This document shows positions 15,570 through 29,460 of a DNA stretch of 64,000 nt, piece by piece. This stretch comes from Octopus vulgaris (lineage: Eukaryota). Position numbers and translations under genes: made by a program. The notes beneath the pieces are model-generated. The model was given only the letters and a program-made list of their open reading frames with translations. It made no database searches and was not told the origin of the DNA. Numbering within the stretch: position 1 is the first letter of the stretch; every line of letters begins with the position of its first letter. The stretch covers positions 14,322,001 through 14,386,000 of the forward strand of contig OX597826.1 of NCBI GenBank assembly GCA_951406725.2. The letters are read 5' to 3'.

Positions 15570-16034
15570 ATAGTGAGGGAAGAAATTCATATGAATTAAT
15601 ATCAATTTAAACCAGTGGACCAGCATACTTAAAAAATCCGAAGATTAATAAATTATATTATATACATATATAAGAGGAATAACCACCAAGGTGGATTCAT
15701 AATATGCTAGAAGAAGATGCTAAATCGTCTTACCACAAAGAATGTGTTCTTAAGAAATTTCAGCAAACGCCAGAATGTTTAGTTCTGTGAATTGTTTTCT
15801 ATGCGACGACTACGCTGAAGAGCTGCAGATATTTACATTCGTAAATGTTAACAGTGAAAATTAGGTATAAAGTTGATCGCCAAATTTTGTATCTTTTCAT
15901 TTGTCTTGCTCGTTTTATATTCTTGCGTTTGCTGAAATTTCTTGAAGACACATTCTTCATGGTAAGACAATTTAGCGTCCTCTTCTAGCATATTAGGAAT
16001 CCACCTTTGTCGTTATTCCCCTTATATATGTATG
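15570..16034 (+). mobile_element. Fold-back PLE-derived non-autonomous element (inverted arms about 15661-15777 and 15920-16033) with hammerhead-like core in the loop
   Basis: Arms are reverse complements with scattered mismatches. The loop has CTGAAGA-GCTG...CAGT-GAAA. A related copy lies at 35825-36075. Confidence 0.72.
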
Positions 16035-16220
16035 CAGAAGAAGAAGAAGAACAACAACAACAACAGCAATAACAGCAGCAGCATCAACAACAGCAATGAT
16101 AATATTAATGACACATTTCCTCCATATTAACCTTGGTTTAATGAATTTCTTTATTCTTTTATTTTATTATTTGAAAGAATTTGTAAAATTATTTCAAAAT
16201 AATGTGATTGCCTCATATAT

Positions 16221-16623
16221 TCTTTACTCTTTTACTTGTTTCAGTCATTTAACTGCGGCCATGCTGGAGCACCGCCTTTAATCGAGCAACTCGTCCCCGG
16301 GACTTATTCTTTTGCAAGCCCAGTACTTATTCTATCGGTCTCTTTTGCCGAACCGCTAAGTAACGGGGACATAAACGCACCAGGATCGGTTGTCAAGCAA
16401 TCCTAGGGGGACAAACATAGACACACAAACATATACACACACACACATATATACATATATATACGACAGGCTTCTTTCAGTTTCCGTCTGCCAAATCCAC
16501 TCAGAAGGCATTGGTCGGCCCGAGACTATAGCAGAAGACACTTTCCCAAGATGCCACGCAGTGGGACTGAACCCGTAACCATGTGTTTAGTAAGCTACAT
16601 ACCACAGAGCCACTCCTGCGCCT
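16221..16623 (-). mobile_element. SINE family 1, full length
   Basis: Colinear with 8297-8692, including the A/B boxes and internal microsatellite. Confidence 0.92.
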
Positions 16624-17824
16624 ATGTTTCTATATTTATAGAAAATTTATTTTGAGTCGTCGTTTATATTTTTACAAATTTCAAGACTATCGGAAGTAAC
16701 AATTTGCCCACGTTTCTGGGTATTATGTCTTTGCTCATTTAGATGTTGTTAAGAACTGCTTTGATTCTCATAAAAATGTCGCTTCTGGAATGTCGGTCTC
16801 TGGAATGTCGGTCGTTTAGATTTATTTGCAAACTTCGTGGTGCCTAAATTATAAGAAACAAAAATGATTCCATCAATGCATTGATTCAAAACATAGATTA
16901 GACGAGGGTTTTAGTAATGAAGTCTTCAATGATAATTATTTTTGTAATGCATCTCATTACAACCAGGTCCAAGATCTCTAGAGAAAAGCAGTTTCACAAG
17001 AGTTTAAAAAACTGTATAATCTATATTTTTCAATTAAATTCATAAATAATTAAATATATTTAATTATTTATGAATTTATCAAAAGAAAGTCAAAATTAAT
17101 TATGTATGATTAATTAAGTGTATGCACCGTATTATAGTTCAATTTTCGAGTAAATTGTTATATAAATGTAAAATTATAACGTATACAAATGCACTGATAG
17201 ATGTAAATATATAACGTGTACAGCAAGGCAAAAAATTTAGAATAAGGAAGTTTGTTTAGAAGTTATAGACATTGAATAAACAATATTATAATTATAAACT
17301 AACCAAAAAGCTTAATCTAAGAATAAGCATATACATTTGCAATTGTTAACGATTAGATGTATAAACGAGAAATTGTGATAAACTCGCAAAACTTATACAA
17401 AGAAAAGTACACACAAGCAAATCCGTCCATTTAAGGCATGAATTTGAAGTACTTAAATTATACGACATCACCAAATCAAGTTTCCTATACGTCTGTAACA
17501 AGAAGAAAATTGGGGTTCGGTTTCCTGAGTGGATTTCTATGATACTATGTGCGTAACATCACACGCATAAAGACAGATTACTGTATTTCTGTAGAAATAA
17601 ACGGTTTCTTTAAATTTCAGATTGATTTTTATGCGTCAAATATATTTCTAATTAATGCACCTGTAGTACCATGTTGGGTCAAAAATTCTTTCGGATTGTA
17701 TCGCCAAGTTATATCAGTAATTTGATACAACTTGTTTTCCAATCATTGCTTAATTGTTTGTTTTTTATTTTCAAATGTAATATATAAGCATTAATTGCTT
17801 ATTCTTTGTTTTACAGCTTCGAGG

Positions 17825-18815
17825 ATGAGTGGTGAAAACATTGCAATTAGAGCCGTTTTACGCTACTTTTGGAGGGAAAAGGGACCGATCGCAAGAGTAG
17901 CAGCAATAAAAGATAATGACGTAGAAGGCCCAGGAATTGTCAACGAATGTGTGAAGTAAAATTGGGTCAGACGTTTCAATGAAGGTGACAGTAGAAGACA
18001 AACCGATGTCATGTAGATATTCTTTTCGAGAAGATGAGGCCGTGCTTGAAATGATTGAACAAGAGCCTAACACAAACATTCGTCCATCATCGTCTTTACG
18101 AAGCACCATCACCTCCATAAGCTTGCTCTTTTGGACAGACATTATCGAGAAGTCCTTCGTGAACGGGCCAATGACCAGGCTCAACGACATGTGAGCATTT
18201 GCAAACAACTGCTGGAAAATCCTCGGGATGCCCGTTTTCGACGTCGAATTGTTACTGGAGAAGGAAAATGGATCTAATTTCAAAATCCTTATAGGAGAGA
18301 TCTCTGACTTGTCTTCCGCCAGGCTTCAGTACCTTACCAAAAAGAAAGGATGGTTTGAACTGAAGGCGGAATTTCGAGGATGCATTGCACTTCGATTTGT
18401 CCCAGATATTCATGCAGTAAACGCTTATATTTGGACTCAACAACAGCAGCAAGTATACGATGCTTTGAAAGCCTGCTACTTAAGACTAGTCAATGGAAGA
18501 TGCGCAATCTTACAACATGAGAATGTTCCAGCAGACACTGCCAATGTGACCAATTGCAAACTTCTAGAATTTAAGAAGTTGGAAGTGATGCCTCAACCTG
18601 TCTATAGCCCAGTCCTTGCACCATTAGATTATTATTTTTGTCGAGCCATGGCACATTTCCTGCACGGACAGGGATTCATCAGTGTGAATGAGGTTGGAAA
18701 CGGGTGTCGGAAGATTTTTCCTCAAAATACAGCCAAATGGAATAAATGTGGAATTGGGCTTCTGGTAGAACGATGGCAAAAGACGATAGAAATATGGTGT
18801 GATATAATTTGGTGA
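17825..18815 (+). pseudogene. Mariner (DD34D) transposase pseudogene
   Basis: MSGENIAIRAVLRYFW...NWVRRFNEGD..EDKP, RRIVTGE..W, ILQHENVPA, PQPVYSPVLAPLDYYF, GIGLLVERWQK. Multiple frameshifts and stops. Confidence 0.9.
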
Positions 18816-20442
18816 ATAAACGCTTTTCGTATGCAATTTGTTTAAACGATTAATTAAAGTTTGAAATACAAAAAAAATACGAAAGGTGGTAAGTTTTATG
18901 CAGGTTGCACTTTGAAATTTACTGGCTCCGAAATAAGTTTGGGTGATGGATGTTTGCACTTCTTTGCACAAAGAAATTTTTGTCTTGTTCAAGTTCAAGT
19001 TAAGTAGAATCATAATATTGGTGTTTCAGTCGTACATACTAGACAATGACTAATATGTACATTGTTTGATATTTGCTTCTGTAACGGTAAAGCATTTTAA
19101 CGTTGGTTTGGCCTCTCAAAAGCCTTTCGGAAAACAAATATACTTCAAACAAATAGTATCATTGCATTTCTGAATAGGCATCATAGCATTTATTCTCAAT
19201 ACTATTGGAGTATCAAGCTTTAAAAGTATTCGCGGTTATTCCAATTTATGCCTGAAATGCACGGTACATTGCATACAGGATTTAGTATCATCATTTTCAT
19301 CTAGTGGCTGATTTCTCATAAAATTTTGATCTTAATGAGTTTCAGCACGCTCGTAAATTTCTGATTGCATTGTAAGTTGATTTTAAATGTACTCCTAATG
19401 TTTCTTCGACATTTCCTCTTGTTATTGGCTTCGTGTTTTGATGTAGTTAAATTATACATCTTATTTGTCGCTTTCTAGTACAACTCATGATGGTACGAAA
19501 TTATTGTAAACTTCTGTTGGCTTAATACAATCCGCAGATAGGATATATAGTTGGTATTTTATCTTTAGGTAGTGCGTGTCTATTTTCAATAACTCGCAGC
19601 TTTAGCTGTATCAATATAACTTTGTGTGCATGTGTATGTGTGTGTTACTTTGTTTAATTTAACACATGCGCACGCACACGCAAACACACATTTCTTTTTC
19701 CGTCACACTATATATATTTACGTGTAAACACAGCATATTTAAATAGATTTTGTAAAAATGTAGTAAAATAGATATTTTCTTATTCACTTGTGATTTTTCA
19801 GCAGTATTTAACTGCAGTTATAAATAACCGTTATGTACTCTAAATACATTAAAAATAACCTTTCTTTTCCAGTTGCCTTATTATAAGAATTGTCCACTTT
19901 TGCAAGGCTGCAAAAAATGTGAATCATTCACGAAAGTTGTATATGTGACACAAAAATGTCACTATGCATTGGCTCAATAAGAAAATACCTGCTCATACAA
20001 CAACTTCACACAATCATCAGGTTAAAACAGTCAAGCATTTAAGCATGACACACCGTTCTCCGCTATTGTTCTGAGTTTCACACGACATATTTACTGGACT
20101 AACCCTTTGATGTCGGCTTCAGATGCGGTTATCACTTGACCTGAATACACAGCAATAGCATAAAAATCTGATACAAAAATTTCATTACTTCACCACGTGA
20201 GCATTCTCAGCGAATCAATCAGTATGTTTTCTGATTGGGAACTCAATCATTCTCTCAATTAAAAAAAACGAACGAAATTTGGACAACGGCCAGATACAAC
20301 TCTGCGACACAGATTCTCGTTTCTCATATATTATAATTTTCATTAATACAAAAAAAAATCTTTTACACTTTGAGTGCATTTTCAGCTTCTTTTATTTGCT
20401 GTATACTACTTCTTGCAATAATTGCTAACTATTCCTTGTCGG

Positions 20443-20524
<82 letters not shown>

Positions 20525-22068
20525 TGAGAGATAGGTAGGTATACATATGCGCATGCACATACACATACATACGTGCATATCGAGATCTAGTATACGGCAG
20601 TGGTGTACGGTAGTGATCACCCCGTATTTTGTGTGTAAGGGATCAGATTGAATCGTCCAGTGTCATATGATATGGTAGCTTATAATTTGATTGGCTGCTC
20701 TTTTAATACAAGTTTCAAGTTTCAACTTTGGTTATAACACGTTACATCTTAAACACGTTACATCTTAAACACGTTGCATCTAATAAAGATGTGCACTACG
20801 CATGTCTTCATTATAAGGCTTTCAAAGATTAATCAGGAAAACCGCCAAATATTAGAATCGGAGCCATCGAACAAATGAGAGGTGAATAATAATCACAACG
20901 AAGGAAGCATGAAATCGAAATTATATGGTTCGACATTATAATCTTTTTATTGTAATCACTGATTCAAATTACTACGTACGGAAAATAATACATACAGCAC
21001 AGGTGGGACGAAGAGAGAATTCTAGAGACTAGACTAGTGTATATTCCAGTGCAATATGGCAGCTATTTCAGAACATGCTTTCATATAGATTGAATTGTTC
21101 TATTGTTTCCCTCTATGTCACGCCTATTAAAACTGGTTAGTCTATAACATGAAACAAATGTTCGTATGATCAGATTTATTTCTAGAGCATGAGCATAGAA
21201 ATGGTATGACAATAAAGAATAAAGTAAGATCAAAGCATTGACAATGTAGTCTTGTAGAGCAGAGAATAGGTGGTTAATAGTAGTTTTCCATTTGTAATAC
21301 TAGCGCATCTAAAATAATAAAATTAATAATTAACTGCAGGTACATGTGCAAGGTGATTCAATAAGTTACTGTACTACACATTTCGAAATTGTTTGTGCCC
21401 ATATGCTGCCAGTGAGACTGATCTGTGCCCGTGCTAGATGTTCACAGCGGTCAAATCTAAGTTTAGGTTTGTAGGCACCAGTGCTTGACACACCAAAATA
21501 TTAAAAGCAAATCAACCACACGAACAGCAGTGCTGTAAGACATGCACCAAATTCAGTCCAATCTCGTTTGAAACATTTCTTTTGTAGTACTCAAAATGAC
21601 AGAATGGCCGATATGAACACGCTGAGTAAAAACAAAATATGTGGGTGCAAGGTATGTTAGAAGTAGCCAAATATCTTTCGATTCGGGACGTAACGCTTTC
21701 AAACAGGAAGGATACGTTGAACAATAAAGTTTTATATATGCAAAGAAACAGTAAGGCTACAAGTCGTATGAAACATCAGGCATAAAATCATTAGTGTCTA
21801 TTAATCACAATTTTGAAGGTAGACAATTGGCTATAAGTTGAAGCGTTCATCAGAAATGCTGGATATTTGAACTCAGTCGATACATGGCAACGTTGGTAAA
21901 TAAAATAATATTAGGATTGAGTATATCACAGACACACATACACACAAACACACACACACATGCACACACACAAACATGTATATATGTATGTATTCATGTA
22001 TTTATATATATATATATATGAATAAATAAATAAATGGAGTTTAACGCAGGTGTAAATCAAATATTTTT

Positions 22069-22154
22069 ACTTTCGACATACGTTTCGAAAATTCCACTGA
22101 TACTATTCAAAAGAATAAATGGTATAAACAATGCAATCTTCTCTTCGGGAAAGT
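22069..22154 (-). ncRNA. Type I hammerhead ribozyme-like motif (U4>C)
   Basis: ACTTTC-CCGAAGA-GAAGATT...AATTTTC-GAAA-CGTATGTC-GAAAGT: 6-bp stem I, 7-bp stem II, near-palindromic stem III, GUC triplet. Confidence 0.72.
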
Positions 22155-22630
22155 GAAAAAACGGGACTCGTCAATAAGACATTTTAGCAAAAAATGATGA
22201 ATTTGTATAGCGATTGACAGAACGCTATTAATATTGTTTAAAAAAACGTTATATGATATAACGTCATAAGTAGCTAACAGAAAGGTAATATTAAAGAGGG
22301 TGGTGTTAAAGAATAGTGGTCAGTTGCGGCACCCTGTGCAAGAGAAAGTAAAGGATCCTATTTGAGTGCCAGAAGAAGGGGAAGAACTACGGTCCTGTAA
22401 GTTGTGTAGGCTGTGGATGCATTAGAAGGAAATGATGGGGGAAAGATAGGAGCTGGTGTACGGATTGAAGTGCGCAGAATAAGCTTAAGATAGTGCGTTG
22501 GAGGTGTAGTGTGGGTTGATGATGGGTGATGGGTAAAGGGAAATGGATAAGGGTTCGACGGATACGGAGAGAGCACTGATGCAAGGTGGACAAACCGAGC
22601 GTGGGCTAGAGCAGCAGGGAATATAGTGGT

Positions 22631-23043
22631 GGCGATCTGGCAGAAACGTTAGTACGCCGGTCGAAATGCGTAGCCGTATTTCGTCTGCCGTTACGTTCTG
22701 AGTTCAAATTCCACCGAGGTCGACTTTGCCTTTCATCCTTTCGGAATCGATAAATTAAGTACCAGTTACATACTTGGGTTGATGTAATTGACTTAATCCG
22801 TTTGTCTGTCCTTGTTTGTCCCCTCTGTGTTTAGCTACTTGTGGGTAGTAAAGAAATAGCTATTTCGTTTGTCGTTACGTTCTGAGTTCAAATTCCGCCG
22901 TGATCGACTTTGCCTTTCAACCTTTCGGGGTCGATAAATTAAGTACCAGTTACACACTGGGGTCGATATAATCGACTTAATCCGTTTGTCTGCCCTTGTT
23001 TGTCCCCTCTGTGTGTAGCCCCTTGTGGGCAGTAAAGAAATAG
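22631..23043 (+). mobile_element. SINE family 2 with tandemly repeated 3' about 185 bp, flanked by a 15-bp TSD
   Basis: tRNA-like head, then two units (about 22676-22859 and 22861-23043) containing GGTCGACTTTGCCTTTCATCCTTTCGG..TCGATAAATTAAGTACCAG. TSD GGAATATAGTGGTGG (22618-22632) / GGAATGTAGTGGTGG (23043-23057). Confidence 0.9.
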
Positions 23044-23509
23044 GAATGTAGTGGTGGAGTAAACTCGTGTGAAATGGAGGAGCCATTAGTTGGGACTGGG
23101 TCTCGAAGTCATGCTTGTCGCTACAGGTTCTGTGGCATTGAAGTAAGTTGAGAATAGGAGATGGACCGTTTGGTGGTTGTGAAATATGGGGGGCGGGGAT
23201 TTGACATAAACGTGGGAGTCCATATGCTTATAGTATGTGGGAGTATTAAGGAATATTAGAATATGGAGACGAAAGTATCAGGAAAGAGACCGGAGTTGTG
23301 ATACTGAGCAGGGACATTGTCTAATGATTGAAACAAGGAAAAGGATAAAAAAGGATTAAAATGTATGTATCTATTTCAGAGTACATATATTTTATATATT
23401 TATATTCAAACGCGCGCAAACTGACACTCACCCACCGACACACAAACATACATACCTGCGTGTGTATGTGAGTGCGTGTGTGCGCACGTGTGTGTGTGTG
23501 CATACGTAC

Positions 23510-23690
23510 TTTTATTCTTGTCTTTTGTTTGTTGCAATCATTTGACTGCGGCCAAGCTAGTGCAATGCTTTGAAGTGTTTTAGTCGAACAAATGGACACG
23601 AATACTTATTTCTGAAGTCTAGTACTTATTCTATCGTCTCTTTTGCCGAACCGCTAGGTTACTGGAACGTAAGCACACCAGCATCAGCTT
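23510..23690 (-). mobile_element. SINE family 1, 3' portion
   Basis: Contains TCATTTGACTGCGGCC and TACTTATTCTATCG.TCTCTTTTGCCGAACCGCTA, shared with the other copies. Confidence 0.82.
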
Positions 23691-23733
23691 TTAGCGGAGA
23701 TGCCGTCAAACACGTACACAGAGGCGCGCCCAT

Positions 23734-23797
<64 letters not shown>

Positions 23798-23916
23798 ACA
23801 CAGACACACACATATATATATATATGTTTTCATATAAGTACTAGGATCAATTAGATTCAAGGCGGTGCCCCAGTTTGGGGGTCCTGTGTATATATATATG
23901 TCTATATCTATATCTA

Positions 23917-24470
<554 letters not shown>

Positions 24471-25097
24471 TATATATACACTTGTGTGTTTATATGTGCC
24501 TGTATGTAGAGAAATCTTAAATCAAGATCTGTAAATTTCGGAATGCATCACGGAAATGCCTTCTCAACGAATCCAGTGATTAATTCATGGTTTTGATGAT
24601 CAATGTTGTTGTTGCTGACTTGTCAACTGCGGCAACCGCCATCTCCACCACTTCTACCGCTGCTGCTGCTGTTGCTCCTGATACTGTCGACGCTACTGTT
24701 GCTGCCATTACTGCTGCTGATGGTACCGATGATGATGACATCATAATTATAAGTATGATGGTGCTGTAGGATCCATCGATTATAAGAACATTTTTTCTGA
24801 AATTCACACTCACCACTGTATGTCTGGATATTGGATCTATTTTCAGTAATACACAGTGTTATCTCTATAAAAGTATCGATCGTTCCCTTAGCCCGCAGAT
24901 TAGAATCGGGACAACCATCAAAGTAGTCGAATATTTTTGCCTTGTCTCATGGCAGTCAGTATACTATGTACATTGTTTCAATACTGAATTCTTAACTGTT
25001 CCGTAAGCTTATATTTAAGTTTTGCTACCACATTCCTGAATGGATTACTGCTGTTAAAAGTGATTGGACTAAACAAATTTTAAAAAGTTTCATCAGA

Positions 25098-25465
25098 TTA
25101 TCACCTCTACGTTAGCGAAGGCATATGTATTGTTTTTAGTGGTGTTTGTTTGTTTGTTTGTCCGTGGACAAAATATCTCTGGATATCTCAAGAACTAGTT
25201 GGTAGATTCAGAGGTAACTTTCAGGAATGTTTGGCAACGATTAGATTTTCGGATCGATCCAGTATCGGACAAGGATTCTGGATTATTTTTCCTGTGTCTT
25301 TTTCTTAATTTTTGAGAGTGGTCGGATTTATTTTTAGTATTCTCGCTTCAGAGAGCAGTGAAGTTTATTTCAGATATTGTCATTTTAAAAATCAGCACTG
25401 ACTAATCGTTGAGAGGACGTTGGTTTTGCATTGACGGAGGTTTGCGCTCTCTGAGTGTTCTTGTT
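25098..25465 (+). mobile_element. Helentron-associated non-autonomous element (HINE/DINE-1-like)
   Basis: 5' TTATCACCTCTACG sub-TIR followed by a (GTTT)n microsatellite. 3' GACGGAGGT inverted copy, short hairpin GCGCTCTCTGAGTGT and a TCTTGTT end. Confidence 0.7.
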
Positions 25466-26259
25466 AATATTGAGTTAATGGTCCTTGTGAGAATCCTTGT
25501 CAATTTTTCCGTTCCTACTTTAGGGCGAAGGCGACAATAAATATCAACAAAAACAACAATTGTAGTAACAACAGCAGAATTAACAGAAACACCAGTAATC
25601 AGCTAAAAAAGAAAAAAATATATATGCAAAATTAAGGCTATTTCAAATTTAAGATTTTGCCTTGAGAAAATTGTAAGCACCACCGATTACCAGAATTTCG
25701 CACATTAAGTGGAGGTTTTCGTTTAATTAAATGAAATCGGTATTGCATGTAGTAGCGACTGTGAGTTTGAAAAAGTTATACAGAATTCTGAGTTACGTCA
25801 AAAATGTTAAGCATTAATTCTAGATATTTCCCACTGATATACCCAATGAAACAATCTACATGCAATTCACGTGAAGGTAATCTAAGATATTTAGAAACCC
25901 TATTGAGTAATTAGGTGTGACCAGAGATCAATTTTTCCAGATGCATAATACTTGCATACAATTGAGAATATACTACGCTCTCTGATATGCAAAAGTTAGC
26001 TGTATAGGATGTAATATAACAGACTACATAAGCTACACACTCCCCACAGTTCAATCTATTTGTATTTACTTTTAGGTTCGGAAAAAGCCGATTCAGAGTG
26101 CATCATTGGCAATCGTTCGGAACTTCACATCGATGATGAGAATTTATGTAGTATTTGGAGTTAATGAAATCATTCAGGTTGTTCTATTATATGATTCCCC
26201 CCCCTAACCTTCATATTCACAGAATTGTGTTGCTGACTTGCCTCCTGACTCGTTAGCTC

Positions 26260-27120
26260 GGTTCCTCGAGTCTCGTCATAAATCAAATAGGTCCATGATA
26301 ACATCAATGAACCATGATTCACTTCTTGAGTCATTTCCTGAAGTGCTTCTTTGGTGTTGTCGGTCAAGGAATTTATATCATCATATTCCAGAGGTTAAGG
26401 ACTGCAAACCTACCACCTACTTTGATCTCAAACACTGCAGGAAATATTTCTCTTTGTGTGCATCAAACCTAATATGTGTGGCTCTCTTCTTATGAATCCT
26501 TTTCAGTTTGAACCTCATTTTCATCTGCATCAAATACTGATCACTGTTGATACCCGCACCAGTGGAATAAATGAGAGTAGCCAAAGAAGAATGGATAGCA
26601 GACCACTGCAAGATCATGTAAGCTGGGTTAAAGAAGGGCAATAGCAAGTTTGTTTATGAAATCCTCAAAATCATAACTGAAAGAAACACACTGCTACTGC
26701 CATTGAGACCAAAACAGGCCTGTTCCTCACAGATGTAGATGATGTCATCAAAAGTCTGTGTAATGCAGCTACCTGTACACTCATAAACTTCGATATGACA
26801 GCAACATCTTTGACGATTCCAACAAGAACAACAACAACGATGAACTTGGGTCTATTCCAGGTATCCAGAAGGAAGTCAAAGAAGCTGTGCGTATGCTCGA
26901 AGATGGGGACTCCTCAGAAACGGATAACAGCCCTGAAATATGTAAAGCCAAAGTTTATCAAGGCATGAACAGTTACTTGTCAGAAGATACGGCAGGCGAA
27001 GCAGTGGCCAAAAGAGGGGACCTAATCAGTGATATTACTTATTACCAAGAATAAGACTCAGCTAGAACAGCAGAACAATCAGTAAAGTTTTGCTAGGGGT
27101 TCTGTTAAAGAGAGAGGAGA
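26260..27120. mobile_element. RTE-clade LINE fragment with inverted 5' segment
   Basis: 26260-26565 (-): GAGINSDQYLMQMKMRFKLK...GGRFAVLNL...WFIDVI. 26566-27120 (+): MRVAKEEWIADHC...KEVKEAVRML...CQKIRQAKQWPKE...SKVLL. Confidence 0.8.
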
Positions 27121-28089
27121 ACAGGCATAATTTAAGCCCAAAAGGCTTACAGCGAAGCGGATGTTTAACATTTGACTGCTCTCTCAGAAATATCTACAGC
27201 ATCATTCAGCTATCACAACTTCATCGACCCTTTCTGTTGCAATCATCACGACTTATGCCACACCATGCGTAGGTAAAAAGACGAGAGCTTTTGGTTAAGG
27301 CATTAGTCGTAATGATTAAAGCACTTTCAACAGAGGAAGGGAGAAAATAATTAGAAGCAGAACAAGTAACAAAAGTAGCGAAGGTAGAAAGAGAAAAGGA
27401 AGAGATAAAAAGAAAATAGAGACAATTAAAAAGGTCGGTTTAGGAAGAAAGGAAAGGAATACGTGGAATAGAGAAAATAACATCGTTTCGCATAAATTGC
27501 CGCATGAAAGATATGTTTATATGCAGGACACGGCGGCTCCACTTTGTAAGATCTGAGCTAGAATTCCAGCGAGGTAGAACTTAAATTCCAATTTTCTCAG
27601 AATCTGACACGTACAACGCTATTCGGATATAGGGGTCGATGAAATTGACTGCTTCTTGACATCCTGTATCATTAATATCCATTCATTAGATCCTTCATTA
27701 AATATGGTCTACATACGTACCCTTCCTCAGCTCATTTTATACATTTTTTTCTTTCAAATGATTGATACGCAAGACTATGCTGCCGCCGACAAGTTCTTAA
27801 AAGCACAGAATATCTTAGAATAACTGTCTTTAAGTTATCCAAGTTCCATATCTCATCTTCTGTTATACTGGCGAAAATGTTCGAACAATTTTCAGACGAT
27901 TTCAACTTTCAATTTCTTTAGTATTCATTAACAATTTTTGTATTCATTATCAATTACGGTTTTATTTTAGTAAATTTGTATGATTCGTTTCAAAGTTCAT
28001 CTGCCGTATGATCTTTGAAACTTCTTGATTAAATAGAATAGATTCCGTCTGGCATCGTCAGCTGATCAACGTCTTTCATCATCAGTAGT

Positions 28090-28450
28090 GTCTGGCAATC
28101 AATGATATTAGCATGCAGTCTCTGTTTAGAAAATTAAAGTATGTTTGACATGACGTGTCTAGGTTGCAAATGGACAACGATCGGATGTAGAAGGCATTGT
28201 ACGTAAGCAGGGTTACATTACCTACGTAGCAATGGGCTGTTGTAGGTGACAGCATGTAGGTTATTGAAAGAATTGAAACGTAGGACACAAATAGCTGATA
28301 GGGTATAATTTAGACACAAACGATTCCATTACCAACATAATGTGAGAAAGATTGATCAAACCATAAGCCAGTAGTTTCGAGTGCCGATCACGGTGAAGAG
28401 CCCGAGCGTGAGTTTATTTATCATTTGCTCGGAAGGAAAGACAGTGCCTG
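28090..28450 (-). mobile_element. Highly degenerate CR1/L2-group RT fragment
   Basis: SKLLAYGL..., FNNL...HCYVGNVTL (decayed HSYADDTTL)...FLNRD. Confidence 0.45.
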
Positions 28451-28931
28451 TGACCTTTTTGCAGAAGGTAGTGCCCATGACCTGTTACAGAGAAGTCTGG
28501 CCAGACTGCATGTAGGAAAGTGGACACTGTTAAAGGTGACCAAATGCTAGGTGGTAACGTTAAACTGAGTGACCATTTAAGGTGCCCATCCAAACTCGTA
28601 GAGGGACTTTAATTAGGAACGAAAATAGCTGGAACAAATACCACAAGTCATATAGTGCGACATTCTGTCAAATTCTGTCAACCCACCTTGAATCGGCACA
28701 TTTTTACCGACCCCAAGTGATGATTTTCAAAGTTGACATCAGTAGGATTTGGAACTCATAGCATATAGAGTCGGCCGACTCAGCCAGTTCAGCACTGGAA
28801 TATTGTTTGATGGAAACGAGGCGTGGGGGTGATATAGAGTATATAAACATAAATATGTGCGTACTCATGTACATGTTTGCATATTATAATAAAATATCTG
28901 ACTATCACACACACACACACACACACATGTG

Positions 28932-28967
<36 letters not shown>

Positions 28968-29178
28968 AATGTCAGATCCAGGGATCGAGGTGTAGGAAGA
29001 ACGTTAACTGCCAGCAATCCGTAGTGAATATAAAAATACACCTTTCAGGATCAATAGGAGACGGAAGATTGCGGATTATTTTCTTTTATCGAGGAACGAT
29101 GCGTTGAAAAAAATAGTTCTGTTTATGTCCATCGGTGGTCTACCAGGTTTGCCGAGTGTGCGAAAAAGAATACAAAAC

Positions 29179-29460
29179 TTACGGAATGGAGTATGGGAAA
29201 TCCGAGGTACATATGTTCTATAGTGAGTGGAACCTCAGAAGTAGTAAAATGCAAGTGAGGTGTTACTCTTCAGGCCAAGTATATCTAGTTTAGATTAAAG
29301 GTTACATTGTCCCAAGGAGATACATATCGACACAAAGATTCAATCAGAATGTGTCACACAGTAACCGGCGGTATACACCAGACATGGACTTTACCATTTC
29401 TGAGGTTCCACTTGCTATGAAACATATATAACCCTGATTTCCTATACTCCATTTCGTAAA
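29179..29460. repeat. Inverted repeat, about 72-bp arms (29179-29250 / 29389-29460)
   Basis: TTACGGAATGGAGTATGGGAAATC...GTGGAACCTCAGAA versus TTCTGAGGTTCCAC...GATTTCCTATACTCCATTTCGTAA. Confidence 0.85.

Larger units (their letters stand above)
22040..23320 (-). mobile_element. Penelope-like element remnant (RT thumb region to 3' end), interrupted by a SINE
   Basis: Minus strand degenerate frames resemble SFLD..IYYK..DSH...TKRSI.YSQ....RTCSD.HDFET and AALAHAR...LQRTIL...IFP. Ends in a hammerhead fold at 22069-22154. Confidence 0.72.

Noticed and set aside
16784-20783. Short tandem duplications (16784-16813, 20736-20783; also 54634-54667 and 61527-61571) as CRISPR-like or regulatory arrays
   Set aside because: Two or three adjacent copies without spacers in eukaryotic DNA; ordinary slippage duplications.
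24580-24816. Ala/Thr/Asp-rich ORFs on both strands
   Set aside because: Degenerate GCT/GAT trinucleotide repeat.
26077-26150. Plus-strand exon candidate after TTTACTTTTAG
   Set aside because: No convincing donor site and no recognisable peptide.
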